Notes under the pieces: generated by a model
Databases searched by the model: none
What the model was told of the DNA's origin: nothing
What the model saw: the letters and a program-made list of their open reading frames with translations, nothing else
Part shown: one piece after another, positions 1 to 9,605 of the stretch
Numbering within the stretch: the first letter of the stretch is position 1
How the letters are laid out: each line of letters starts with the position of its first letter
Program-made: the position numbers and the translations under genes
From: Paecilomyces variotii
Taxonomy: Eukaryota
DNA length: 64,000 bases
NCBI GenBank assembly: GCA_004022145.1
Contig: RCNU01000004.1
Reading direction: 5' to 3' (one strand)

Positions 1-1216
1 CCGACGAGGACTTTAGTTCCCTTGTAGTATCTGAACTTGCGGGACGATTCGGGGATTGCTCATCGATCATCTCATCGAGTACAAACAAGGTCGAGTCTGA
101 GGGGTCAAATTCAGCTTGAGCTGGGGTATTAAGTGTAGTATCGTTATCGTTATGCTGGGTTGGCAACGAAGTGTTTTTCGCAGCAGGTGCATCACGCGTC
201 TGCATCTGCGCCAGCGACTCGACTACTGGAGCTTTGTCTGCCCTTTTTGCTGCTGCTTCCAACAGCTCCATATACATTAATTTCTTCCGTGGTTTTGCGC
301 TGGATAAGCGAAGTGCATTGATAGGAGCATCAGGGATGGGTTTCTTCGAAGCGGGCCCCGATGTGAATGATGAGGCTTTGGTTGAGGATGTTTTCGTTGT
401 GTCGGGCTGCTTGTTCGGTCGATTTTCCGGCGCGCTGGCCGGGACGGGGAGGTCTTTTCTCGAAGAATGCCTAGCATTTGTATCTTCTTTATTGAGTCGA
501 TTCGTTGGGATGGGATTTGTCTTTGTAGGTGTTGCCTGCGGCGTTGGTGCATCGAGGTCAATCACCACAGGCCGACTGCGGATGTGCTGGTTGGGGTTCT
601 TCCTGTGAAGTATAACGTCTTCTGACGGTAGTGGTTTCGGCCGTTTCGCGGGCCTTTCGTCCGGCTCATTTTCATCATGCTGCTGTGGTGGCTGCGCATG
701 GCGTTGCTCGTACGGTGACTTGGGAGTGATTGACCGTCCAATGGGGGTTCTCTTGATGCCCAGAAGCTCGTTCAACGACTTGAGCGGATTTTGTGATCCT
801 GCAGTAGACCTGGGTATTGATATTCTGGAAGACTGTGGAGTGGAATTGTCATGCTGTGGAGATCCTTGCGATGTCTTATTCTTTTCGAATAGCCCAGACA
901 GATCAGTCTGCGTCTTCTCTATACACTCCCCAACCTGGATCAGAACGCCCTTGTCCAACTCCATCTCGTCCCCATCTTGTATCTCATCACTCTCCCGCCA
1001 ATGCAGGTCTCCGATGAAATTCCCGGGGGTGTCGTACACCATAACCCGTTTGTTGAACGTGTGAAACCGAAGGAAGCCATCGTGCCATCGCTTTGCCTTG
1101 CGCCTGAGGTCGTGGGAGTAGAGACAGCGAAACTTGATCACAGGCGCTGTATTCTGGGTCAGAGGCGTCGACAAGCCAGGCGTGCTGCGTACTGCTGGAG
1201 AAAAGGGCGTCGACAT
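1..1216 (-). CDS. DUF2439 (Mte1/Dbl2/ZGRF1-N-like) domain protein, 3' end outside window
   Basis: Not in the ORF track because no stop lies in the window. ATG at 1216 reads MSTPFSPAVRSTPGLSTPLTQNTAPVIKFRCLYSHDLRRKAKRWHDGFLRFHTFNKRVMVYD...; the LYxHxxRRKxKRWHDG..FHxFNKRVMVYD motif is typical of DUF2439. Confidence 0.85.
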   Translation of the reverse strand, partial: MSTPFSPAVRSTPGLSTPLTQNTAPVIKFRCLYSHDLRRKAKRWHDGFLRFHTFNKRVMVYDTPGNFIGDLHWRESDEIQDGDEMELDKGVLIQVGECIEKTQTDLSGLFEKNKTSQGSPQHDNSTPQSSRISIPRSTAGSQNPLKSLNELLGIKRTPIGRSITPKSPYEQRHAQPPQQHDENEPDERPAKRPKPLPSEDVILHRKNPNQHIRSRPVVIDLDAPTPQATPTKTNPIPTNRLNKEDTNARHSSRKDLPVPASAPENRPNKQPDTTKTSSTKASSFTSGPASKKPIPDAPINALRLSSAKPRKKLMYMELLEAAAKRADKAPVVESLAQMQTRDAPAAKNTSLPTQHNDNDTTLNTPAQAEFDPSDSTLFVLDEMIDEQSPNRPASSDTTRELKSSS

Positions 1217-1936
1217 GGCCGACCAAGGTCGTCTGCCTCGTCAAGACCATTCCTGGAGCTCTTGAGGTTTATCGCGCTGCGGGGGACGCGTCGGGCCAAG
1301 AAGCGATCGGTCTAACAGAAATTAATTTAAATGTAGACTAAAGCTGGTCAGCCAACTAAGTTAACTGATCCACGGAAAATGGCGGCTCTAACCTTAGTTC
1401 TGTCACTAAAAATATTGCCGTGGACCTGAACTGGGATCTTTCAAGGGTAGAGTCGAGTCAACGGAGTGGTTAACTATCCCCAGAGCTGCTTCTGGTGAAA
1501 TGTTTAAGTTGGAGTCTGCCAGCGAAGCCACCAGGACAGACAGACGCTTAGATAGACAATCCGGTAACTAGTACAGCAATCAATGAATCAACTAAATCAC
1601 GTCTCTCAGCCACTTTTCTGTACCACTCGAAATACCATCCTGCCCCTCACCTAGTAATAATAGCCTCAAGCCAAAAACGAGCCCCTTCAACCGGATGGGA
1701 TGCTCCGCTTTTCGATTGCTGTCAGCGACTGAGCGCCTGTTAGCATCCAGCGATCGACACAATCTGTACTCTTATCCCACGCGCGATATTCTTCCGGAGC
1801 GAACAAGAGATTATAGAATCACCCACGCATGTTGGCGGCTGAGAGCCTCGTGGTGGACCGGCAGAAGGCGGTGCTTTGCATGGGGGCTGTCCATAACTAA
1901 GTAAACGCCTCTTCCACCTAGTCTACAGCCTCGCGG

Positions 1937-1968
1937 TCTCTCTCTCTCTCTTTCTCTCTTCTCTCTCC
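1937..1968 (+). repeat. (TC)n / CT-rich microsatellite upstream of the BAR-SH3 gene
   Basis: tctctctctctctctttctctcttctctctcc; typical fungal CT-box near a transcription start. Confidence 0.7.
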
Positions 1969-2179
1969 CAGCGTGGCTGCGCCGTTTGACCAAGTGACAT
2001 AACTATCTAGCTGTTGCCTTGAAGCTTCAAAGATACCAGTCCCGCGCCAAATTTCTTCTCTATCCGGGAATTCTGGTACTGTGCATAGCATCGCCGACCT
2101 TCCCCGCAGTATCCAGAAGTACCTGGGTACCCTTTAGCTTTTTTTCTTTTTGCGTGAGCATTCTCACCAGCAAGACACA

Positions 2180-3830
2180 ATGCAAGCCGTCCACAGGCAA
2201 TTTGGGAAGTTTATGAAACGGTTGCCCGACGACAGTCAAGTCTCGGTGCTTCTGAAGGACTTTGACGATGCTGATCAGCTACTGGGACGAGTACGTTTGA
2301 TCTCTCCCCAACCGCTTTTGCGCATTCTCAAGAGCTAATTTATTATGCGACAAAATTTCCAGATCATTGACTCGTCGCAAGCCTGGCGTGACGCATGGAC
2401 GTCTATTTTGACCTATCAGTCCCGACTGGTCGCTGAATTCGAAGGCCTATACGCGCCCGTGGTTGGATCTTCTGAAAGTACCACGGAGAGGGAACCGGTT
2501 CCGACTCCCGAGAAGACGCTGGCGAGGACAACCAAGCTGCGTGAGGAATATGAAGATCTTCGGAAAGATTTGTTGGAGGTCGTCAATTCTGTCGACGATA
2601 GGATGATCAGACCGGCCTCGCAGGCTAAAGACTACCTGACTCCGATGAAGAAGACGATCAAGAAGCGGGAAGATAAAAAGGTTCGTTCGCGTTCGTTCGC
2701 ATCTAAAGTGGAACTTTGCAAAGATTGGCTGACGAGTTGCAATCTATTAGCTGGATTTCGAGCGATATCAGAGTCGGCTCGATAATTCCCGCAAAAAAAC
2801 AAGGCGCTCAGATCGTGAGAATGCTGCATTGGCAAAGACAGAGGCGGACTGGGCCAAAGCGAAAGATGTATGATCTTTCCTTCCTGGAATATATATATCT
2901 AGAACCTCAAAAGCTGACCGCAGAAAGATCTACGATGCCGCAGACGATAACCTGCGACAGCACCTACCAGGGATTATCTCAGTCACCTTCTCACTGATTC
3001 CCCAGCTCCTGGCGGCGCAGATTGAGATCCAGAACACCCTGCTCGCTCACTGTTACACCTCACTCCATAATTATTGCGGAGAGGAAGGATTCCCATCTCC
3101 GCCAGCTGAGATGGATCAGATCATCCAAGTCTTCGAAATGGACTTCCTTCCCGTCCAGCAGCAGATAGAAAGCCTTAGCTGCATCGCCAAGGTTAAAAGC
3201 CGGCAACAGTCCGCTCATGGTCGGGAGAGTGCGCATGGGAATGGCCTGAACTCGCGTCGTCCGAGCAGTCACGCGGAGAGCAAACCTGCTCTGTCATCTA
3301 TGCCATCATCTCTGCCAGCCGGCGCGCGCATCCCTCCGTCGCCATCCTACTCGACGAAGCCACGCATCAACAACAGTCCCTCTCCTTCTGCATCCACCTA
3401 TCTCACACCGGCGAGCTCCGTCGCAGACTCGGATTACTCGAACTATCAGTCCACCCCCGCCTTGTCGCCCGCAGGACCCGCCTTCTCGCCTGCAGGTCCC
3501 AAGTCAGATTACTTCGCCCGGGATCGACAGCCTTCAACAGCCACTAACGGATCTTCTGGATCTGCTGCATTTCTCAGTCCTGGGGCAGGTACGAATGTTA
3601 TGGGTATTGTGAAGAAGAAGCCTCCGCCACCGCCGCCTTCTAGAGCTGCTTCCTCGCCTGCTATATTCGTCACGGCCCTCTACGACTTTGGAGGCCAAGG
3701 TGCAGGAGATCTTGCATTTAGAGCAGGCGATCAGATTCGTGTGCTCAAGAAGACTGAGAGTACGGATGATTGGTGGGACGGCGAGCTTCGAGGCGTAAAA
3801 GGGAGCTTTCCGGCGAATTATTGCGAGTAA
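2180..3830 (+). CDS. BAR-domain + Pro-rich + C-terminal SH3 protein (Rvs167/amphiphysin-like)
   Basis: Exons 2180-2290, 2363-2680, 2751-2867, 2928-3830 join in frame through GT-AG introns. Helical BAR-like N-half (KTIKKREDKKLDFERYQ), KKKPPPPPP, and SH3 ALYDFGGQGAGDLAFRAGD...DDWWDGEL...GSFPANY. Confidence 0.85.
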
Positions 3831-4466
3831 TACGATACCTACTCTGAATGTCCTAGGCTGGGTCAGGATATATGTTGTTGCATTGGTCATTGCATTCAGA
3901 GAATATCTGAGTTAGCTCAGGGATACACGCTCTAACTAGTTAATATTGGTCGGTCGTTATGTAATTTCACGAGAGGATTTCGTGGCTCCATGATATATGC
4001 TATGGATGTCAATGGGGTAATGGTAATAATTTATGAAGCAAACCAATATGAGATGACAGAAAGACCCACCGAATACCGCATGCTTGACCTGTGTTGCTTT
4101 GTACCAAATTCCACAAGTATCGCCGAAACTTCGAAAGCTAGATGGGATCTTCCAGTACGGAAATCATTTCTAGTCCTAGTCCAGTCATGAGTCGAGGTAG
4201 TTAAGAGTCGGAAGGTTATCCAACAGGACGCTTGCTTCCTGTTTGCATACAGTACTCCTGTCTATAATACAACTGTCAGAGTAAAGCTAACTATATACGT
4301 TGTCGCCTCACCAGACACGATAATAAATACAAGTATGTGAATAACCCTGCATGGCCCCTTTGTGGTAGCGACCCCAATCGGATAACAAACCAGAAGGACG
4401 GCCCCTCTCTAGTTTCCTTCACTGATCGGAAAGAACGCACAGGTGTTTGTTGAAGGGAATCTCAAT

Positions 4467-7286
4467 CTATAAGAATGCTGGCTCGGAGCTATCGGACGTC
4501 GTATTTTGCTGGCGTCGGCTGTTCAAGAACATGTCAACCATACGCTTGCTGCTAATAGTTGACCGGAGCTCTTGGAGCTTCGTGTGGTCGTCCAAGGCCA
4601 TATTACTATATGAAGGAATCGAGCTAGTCCTCGAGTTTTCTTTTGCTGACCTCACGGTATCCCGCCGACTGCGGATTGATTGAAACTGTACCCCTTTTGC
4701 GTCTCTAAAGGGGCTGTTTTGATGCTGCTCACGGAGTGAATACCTCTGCCGAAGCCTGTTTGGCTCTCTTCTGGGAGTAGGTGATTCCGGGACTTGGGTT
4801 GACCCGTCTGACTCTGACACTGAATAGGTCCCAGGTTGGTCTCTTGCAGCGTCTTCTTTCGAAGACGAGACAGGTGATAGTTTAGGCGCCTGCTCAGATC
4901 CTCCGAATACGTCAGTCTTCTCGCCGTGATTCTGCACTTGCGTTGTGTTAGAAGATTTCCGTAGCGACAAGGATTTGACTCTACTTTGCGAACGATATAA
5001 TGGCCTCGAAAAATTATTCTGTACCGGAATCTGCAGTTCTTCGAGAGGATTCCGGCTCTTGGAAACCTCATGTCCTATGAGGCTCTCAGGATGCTGAGGC
5101 TCCTGGTCGTCGATTTGCGTATCTTCCCTGTAATGTTCTCTTGCTAGCGGCTGGCCCAGTGGTGCGCCACAACTGTGCTTGTCAATTCTAGCCATCTCAG
5201 AGCTCATCCAGGATTGCCAATCTCCGCTTGGTTTAATAGACACAACGGGAGGCTGAGAACTGGTCACTCTTCTTGGGGAAACGTATTTTGTCCTCTGGCT
5301 TTCGAATATCGTAGCCATACCTCGCGCATCTGAAGATCTAGGTGAATTATCGACATGCACCATTGGCCCCTGCTGCCTAGGGCTGTTACCACCTGTTGTC
5401 CTGGAGTATACGCTGGGAGAGTCCGGTTCGATCTCTCCATGGACGAGTCTAGAGACGATAACGCTTCCAGAATCATCATCAGAATAATCCCGTGCTCTAT
5501 CCATCGAAGCCATGGCCCGTCTGTATGGGCTCGGTGTTTCCGGTTTGTCGCAAGGAGATGTTGGGAAGAACGTGGGCCCAGATTCTCTTAGAGGTCGGGA
5601 TGATCGATAGTGAGATGTATTGCTCTGACGCTCGTTGTGTTGCACTCGGTTTTGACCTCCCGAATAAGGGTTCCGCACAGGAGATGGGCTTTGTGTGCTG
5701 AAGGGCCGTACATTGGCTGTGAAAAATGATGTTGTCGATTTCATCGACGACTCACTTGGCACCTGACGAATACTACGGCTACTGCGCAAAGAGTAGACAG
5801 ATGAAGCTCTTTCGGGGATGGGTTGGCCCCCTGGAACACTGCCAACAAGTATCTGCTCATCTTGCTGTAGAGCATTATTATCGATACGTTTCATCAACGC
5901 GGAGTAAACACGTTGAGTATCGACGGAGCCATCCAGTTTGTGAGCGCTGGGCCTTGCCCTTAACGGTTTGCTGAATGCAGAATATCCACGTCTAACATAG
6001 CCTTCTGGCGTAGTAAACCCAGACGACTGCGCAGGGTCTCCGTACTCTCGGATGATACACAAATGATTGCTGTCGACCGGGTTCCTGGTCGCAATGGTAT
6101 TGGCTGCAGTGGAATCTGTCCAGCTTGTCACACGTGAATTCGACGTGCAAAGACTCTCAGAGCTTTTCATCATTCGCACGGTTGGTGCTTCGCTGACACG
6201 ACTCTCCATAGAATCACGGTAGTACTCGTAAGGCGCACCCTCAGAATAGTTATTTTCGGTTGGGGTCTCTGGCAAGACGCCGGTATCTGCTTCTCTTCGT
6301 GTCGAGATGTAATCACCAAACTGTGACTGAGGAGAGTACAGATTCTGATGTGGAAGCTTTTGCTCGGTAGAAGTTGCTCGCCCGAATACACGTTTCAATC
6401 CGTTCTTTATTGTAGATACTGACAGAGTCCGGAATTTCGAACGGAGACCTCTTCCTGTTTGTTCCGTCCAGAAAGGGACAGAGTCGAGCGCGCTTCCAGA
6501 CTCACTAGAGGCTCTAATCGTCTTCCTCAGTGGCTTTTGTCCTCGCCTGTGTTTCAGGGCAAGAAGGGATGACCGGCGTTGTTCCCCTTGGTGTTCCATA
6601 TCCCTCAAGTACTGATCGCGGGCCAGCTGTATGGCTGCATCATGACTTTTAGTATGCCTCAACGGTTGAGAATGTTGGTTTCTTCCTTTGAAGAAGGACA
6701 TAGACCGCCTCAGACTTCCATGTTGAGGATGATCCCCGGATCCTTCCTTTTGTACGTGACTTCCGCTTGCAAGGCCTGCCGTTCGACTGTCGGTGAAATC
6801 GAATGTACGATGTCTAGTGGAGAACATCGATTTAGCCTTGCGAAGACGTCGATAAGATGAAGGAACAGAAGAATCGCCGCCATCCAGTCCTTGGAACTCG
6901 CTGATCGGCGGCAAGATACTCGGGGAAGTAGTGCCATCTGCAACAGAGCCTGCAGTAAACGGTATAGAGGGCGATATGCTGGCTATTGACATTTGGCTTA
7001 CAGAACGTCCCTCATCCGCAAACCGTATACTCGGGGGACGATGTCTTTGAGTAAAGGCAATGGCCTCATTTCCATTCGTATAGTCGCACGATCCGCGCGA
7101 ATCGCCTGAGGATCTCTCACTTGCGCGCTGGAATGCACGGGAAGCTGCTACCATAGCATGATGTTTGGCGGTTACAGGATCTAGAGGCTCTGGTAGTGGA
7201 GGTATCTGACGGCGTTTCTGAACTGAAGATGTGGATTTGGCACGTCTCAACCGACCTCTCGCGTCGTATGAGGCTCTCGTAGTCAT
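4467..7286 (-). CDS. Uncharacterised Ser/Arg-rich, largely disordered protein (~939 aa)
   Basis: Single 2.8-kb ORF; likely start MTTRASYDARGRLRRAKS at 7286; no recognisable domain. Confidence 0.75.
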   Translation of the reverse strand: MTTRASYDARGRLRRAKSTSSVQKRRQIPPLPEPLDPVTAKHHAMVAASRAFQRASERSSGDSRGSCDYTNGNEAIAFTQRHRPPSIRFADEGRSVSQMSIASISPSIPFTAGSVADGTTSPSILPPISEFQGLDGGDSSVPSSYRRLRKAKSMFSTRHRTFDFTDSRTAGLASGSHVQKEGSGDHPQHGSLRRSMSFFKGRNQHSQPLRHTKSHDAAIQLARDQYLRDMEHQGEQRRSSLLALKHRRGQKPLRKTIRASSESGSALDSVPFWTEQTGRGLRSKFRTLSVSTIKNGLKRVFGRATSTEQKLPHQNLYSPQSQFGDYISTRREADTGVLPETPTENNYSEGAPYEYYRDSMESRVSEAPTVRMMKSSESLCTSNSRVTSWTDSTAANTIATRNPVDSNHLCIIREYGDPAQSSGFTTPEGYVRRGYSAFSKPLRARPSAHKLDGSVDTQRVYSALMKRIDNNALQQDEQILVGSVPGGQPIPERASSVYSLRSSRSIRQVPSESSMKSTTSFFTANVRPFSTQSPSPVRNPYSGGQNRVQHNERQSNTSHYRSSRPLRESGPTFFPTSPCDKPETPSPYRRAMASMDRARDYSDDDSGSVIVSRLVHGEIEPDSPSVYSRTTGGNSPRQQGPMVHVDNSPRSSDARGMATIFESQRTKYVSPRRVTSSQPPVVSIKPSGDWQSWMSSEMARIDKHSCGAPLGQPLAREHYREDTQIDDQEPQHPESLIGHEVSKSRNPLEELQIPVQNNFSRPLYRSQSRVKSLSLRKSSNTTQVQNHGEKTDVFGGSEQAPKLSPVSSSKEDAARDQPGTYSVSESDGSTQVPESPTPRREPNRLRQRYSLREQHQNSPFRDAKGVQFQSIRSRRDTVRSAKENSRTSSIPSYSNMALDDHTKLQELRSTISSKRMVDMFLNSRRQQNTTSDSSEPAFL

Positions 7287-7860
7287 GTTTGGTGAGAGAT
7301 ATCTTGAGTTTATATTCTGAATGATATACTCTGATGCAAGAAAGGAGATCTGCGACACTGATCGGAATACATGTAGAGCTTGGTATGTACAAGTATGGAG
7401 AAGTGGAAAGTCCAGTTACCATGATGTTGAGTGTGCAGGAAACAGAACAGGTAGTCACCATCTTGCAACGATGCTGTTTCCTGACAGAGATAATAATCAT
7501 AAACAGAGACTGGCGGCAGAAAGAAGGAGCAACCGTATCATCTTTCTTGTGTGTGAAAATCATTTTCTTACCTTTCATCGCCGATGAGGTGTGGTTGCTG
7601 GATATCTTGTTCCTCACAGAAGTGGTTATTTCTTCTGAAGGCTAAAGCGAATTTTACAATATACTGTAGTTTAGTTGTCGCATCTATATCCACCACCTAG
7701 AAATAATTGCCTGATTGGAGATGTTAGCTAGCCTGGAGGCACCAGGCTGCCTAGTCCTAGTTGAGAATTATGCTTACCACGGCGTCTGGAAGCACCACAC
7801 AAAAATCAACTCCATACTCAGTCTAGGTTCCCGATGATTGCTGCCTGTGCGGCGTCACCC

Positions 7861-7887
7861 TGACTCGATATTATTGACAATGAGTCA
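7861..7887. promoter_or_regulatory. Gcn4/CpcA (AP-1)-like sites TGACTC and TGAGTCA
   Basis: TGACTC 7861-7866 and perfect TGAGTCA 7881-7887 in the divergent promoter, ~190 nt upstream of the RNA cyclase ATG. Confidence 0.4.
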
Positions 7888-8078
7888 CCCGTTACTGCAC
7901 AGCTGGTACATATCACTACACCCAGCAAGAGAATAACGAAGAGAGTTCTAATTCAAGTATTCATACAATATTGTCGGGGATCACTCAACACGGACATTCC
8001 CAGCGTCTGCCTCAGACGCGAGCTACCATTCAGCTGGTCGCAGATTCTTTCTCTTGGTCTCACGGCATCATCACAAAC

Positions 8079-9605
8079 ATGGCTTCGGGAGAGAAAGAAG
8101 AGACCAATATTGTACGGATCGATGGCAGGACACTCGAAGGAGGCGGTCAACTTGTGCGAAATGCGTTGGCCCTATCAGCCTTGACCTCTATCCCGGTCAC
8201 CATCGATCACATTCGCGGAAACAGAAAAGGAAAGACCGGCTTGAAGGGTTCGCACACTGCGGCAGTGAAATTTCTTGCTGAGATTTGCGGAGGACAAGTT
8301 TTGGGCGCACGTGTCGGGTCGTCACAGATAACTTTTTACCCGCAAGGACGATTGAATGAGCCATGCATCAAACCAGAGTACACCATCCAACAATCGACGC
8401 CTGGTTCGATATTCCTCGTCTTCCAGGCTTTATATCCGTACCTACTCTACGCCGGGGCACGTACTCATGCGCATTGGCCTATAAGACTGAATGTCACCGG
8501 TGGAACTAATGTTTCGTTTTCTCCTTCGTACGACTATATCGCACAGGTCCTAGTTCCTAATCTTGAAAAGCTAGGTCTGCCACATCTCTCAGTCAACCTG
8601 AACAGGCGTGGATGGGGGACTGGGCCACTTGATCTTGGATCCGTGACATTTGAGATTTCTCCGCTCACATGCGGCCCAACAAAAGATGCGACAAGTGCGC
8701 ATGATAAATCATCCTGTGTTGATACTGACGGAATAGCTGCATCTCAACCTCGGTCCTCAGATCAGGGGGTATTAGACTCGCATGGTCCAAAGTTGGACCG
8801 ATCCATCCCGAAATTCCCGTCCTTCAGCATCAGAAGACACAGACGCGGTACTATCACCCGCATAGAGGTCACGATACTTGCTCCGGAGATCCCTTTACCA
8901 ATTGATGATATACTCAGTGATAGCGATCCAAACACGGCTAGACGACGCTCAAGAACCACAGGAACTTATACTGTTCGTTCGTTCTTGCAAGCGGAAACAT
9001 GCAGGGGCCTGGCGGATGCTCTAGCCTCGTTGCCTAGCCATCTATTTTCGAACAGTGATAACAGAATCCCCGTCAAGATACACATATCAGAAGCAACGGG
9101 CCACCCTACGCGTCTTTACGTGCTTCTGGTAGCTCATACTTCCACGGGCTTCAGACTCGGACGCGATGCGTTATTAGATGGCCGTGCAGACAGTGAGTCC
9201 ACCGAGTCTAGAAATAATAAACCTGGAAGGCACAGGGACAGACAACACCGCTCTTCGCACTCCAATTCATCTAAAGATAGCATGCGGTCAAGGATCCAAC
9301 GGATGATCGACAGATGCATAACTGACTTTATGGAGGAGTTGCAACCAGCGGAAGGGCCGGGTGACGAAGATAGTACAAGCGGCCCCGATATACGAGGCAT
9401 CAGCAAAGAAAAATCATGCGTTGACGTTTTTATGCGGGATCAACTCGTCATTTTTGAAGCTCTTGGAAAGCTCCAAAACACCAGAGATGAATCAGGGACA
9501 TTAACTGGTATAGATGAAGAAATCGAGGAAGACGAGCACAGTTGGAGTATGCATACTCGAACAGCAATGTGGGTGTGCGAGCAGTTCCTGGGGGCCAAAG
9601 TCTGA
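8079..9605 (+). CDS. RNA 3'-terminal phosphate cyclase (RtcA-like)
   Basis: IDGRTLEGGGQLVRNALALS, GLKGSH, GGTNVSFSPSYDY, DVFMRDQL and C-terminal SMHTRT (position of the adenylated His in RtcA). Start taken at ATG 8079. Confidence 0.85.
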   Translation: MASGEKEETNIVRIDGRTLEGGGQLVRNALALSALTSIPVTIDHIRGNRKGKTGLKGSHTAAVKFLAEICGGQVLGARVGSSQITFYPQGRLNEPCIKPEYTIQQSTPGSIFLVFQALYPYLLYAGARTHAHWPIRLNVTGGTNVSFSPSYDYIAQVLVPNLEKLGLPHLSVNLNRRGWGTGPLDLGSVTFEISPLTCGPTKDATSAHDKSSCVDTDGIAASQPRSSDQGVLDSHGPKLDRSIPKFPSFSIRRHRRGTITRIEVTILAPEIPLPIDDILSDSDPNTARRRSRTTGTYTVRSFLQAETCRGLADALASLPSHLFSNSDNRIPVKIHISEATGHPTRLYVLLVAHTSTGFRLGRDALLDGRADSESTESRNNKPGRHRDRQHRSSHSNSSKDSMRSRIQRMIDRCITDFMEELQPAEGPGDEDSTSGPDIRGISKEKSCVDVFMRDQLVIFEALGKLQNTRDESGTLTGIDEEIEEDEHSWSMHTRTAMWVCEQFLGAKV

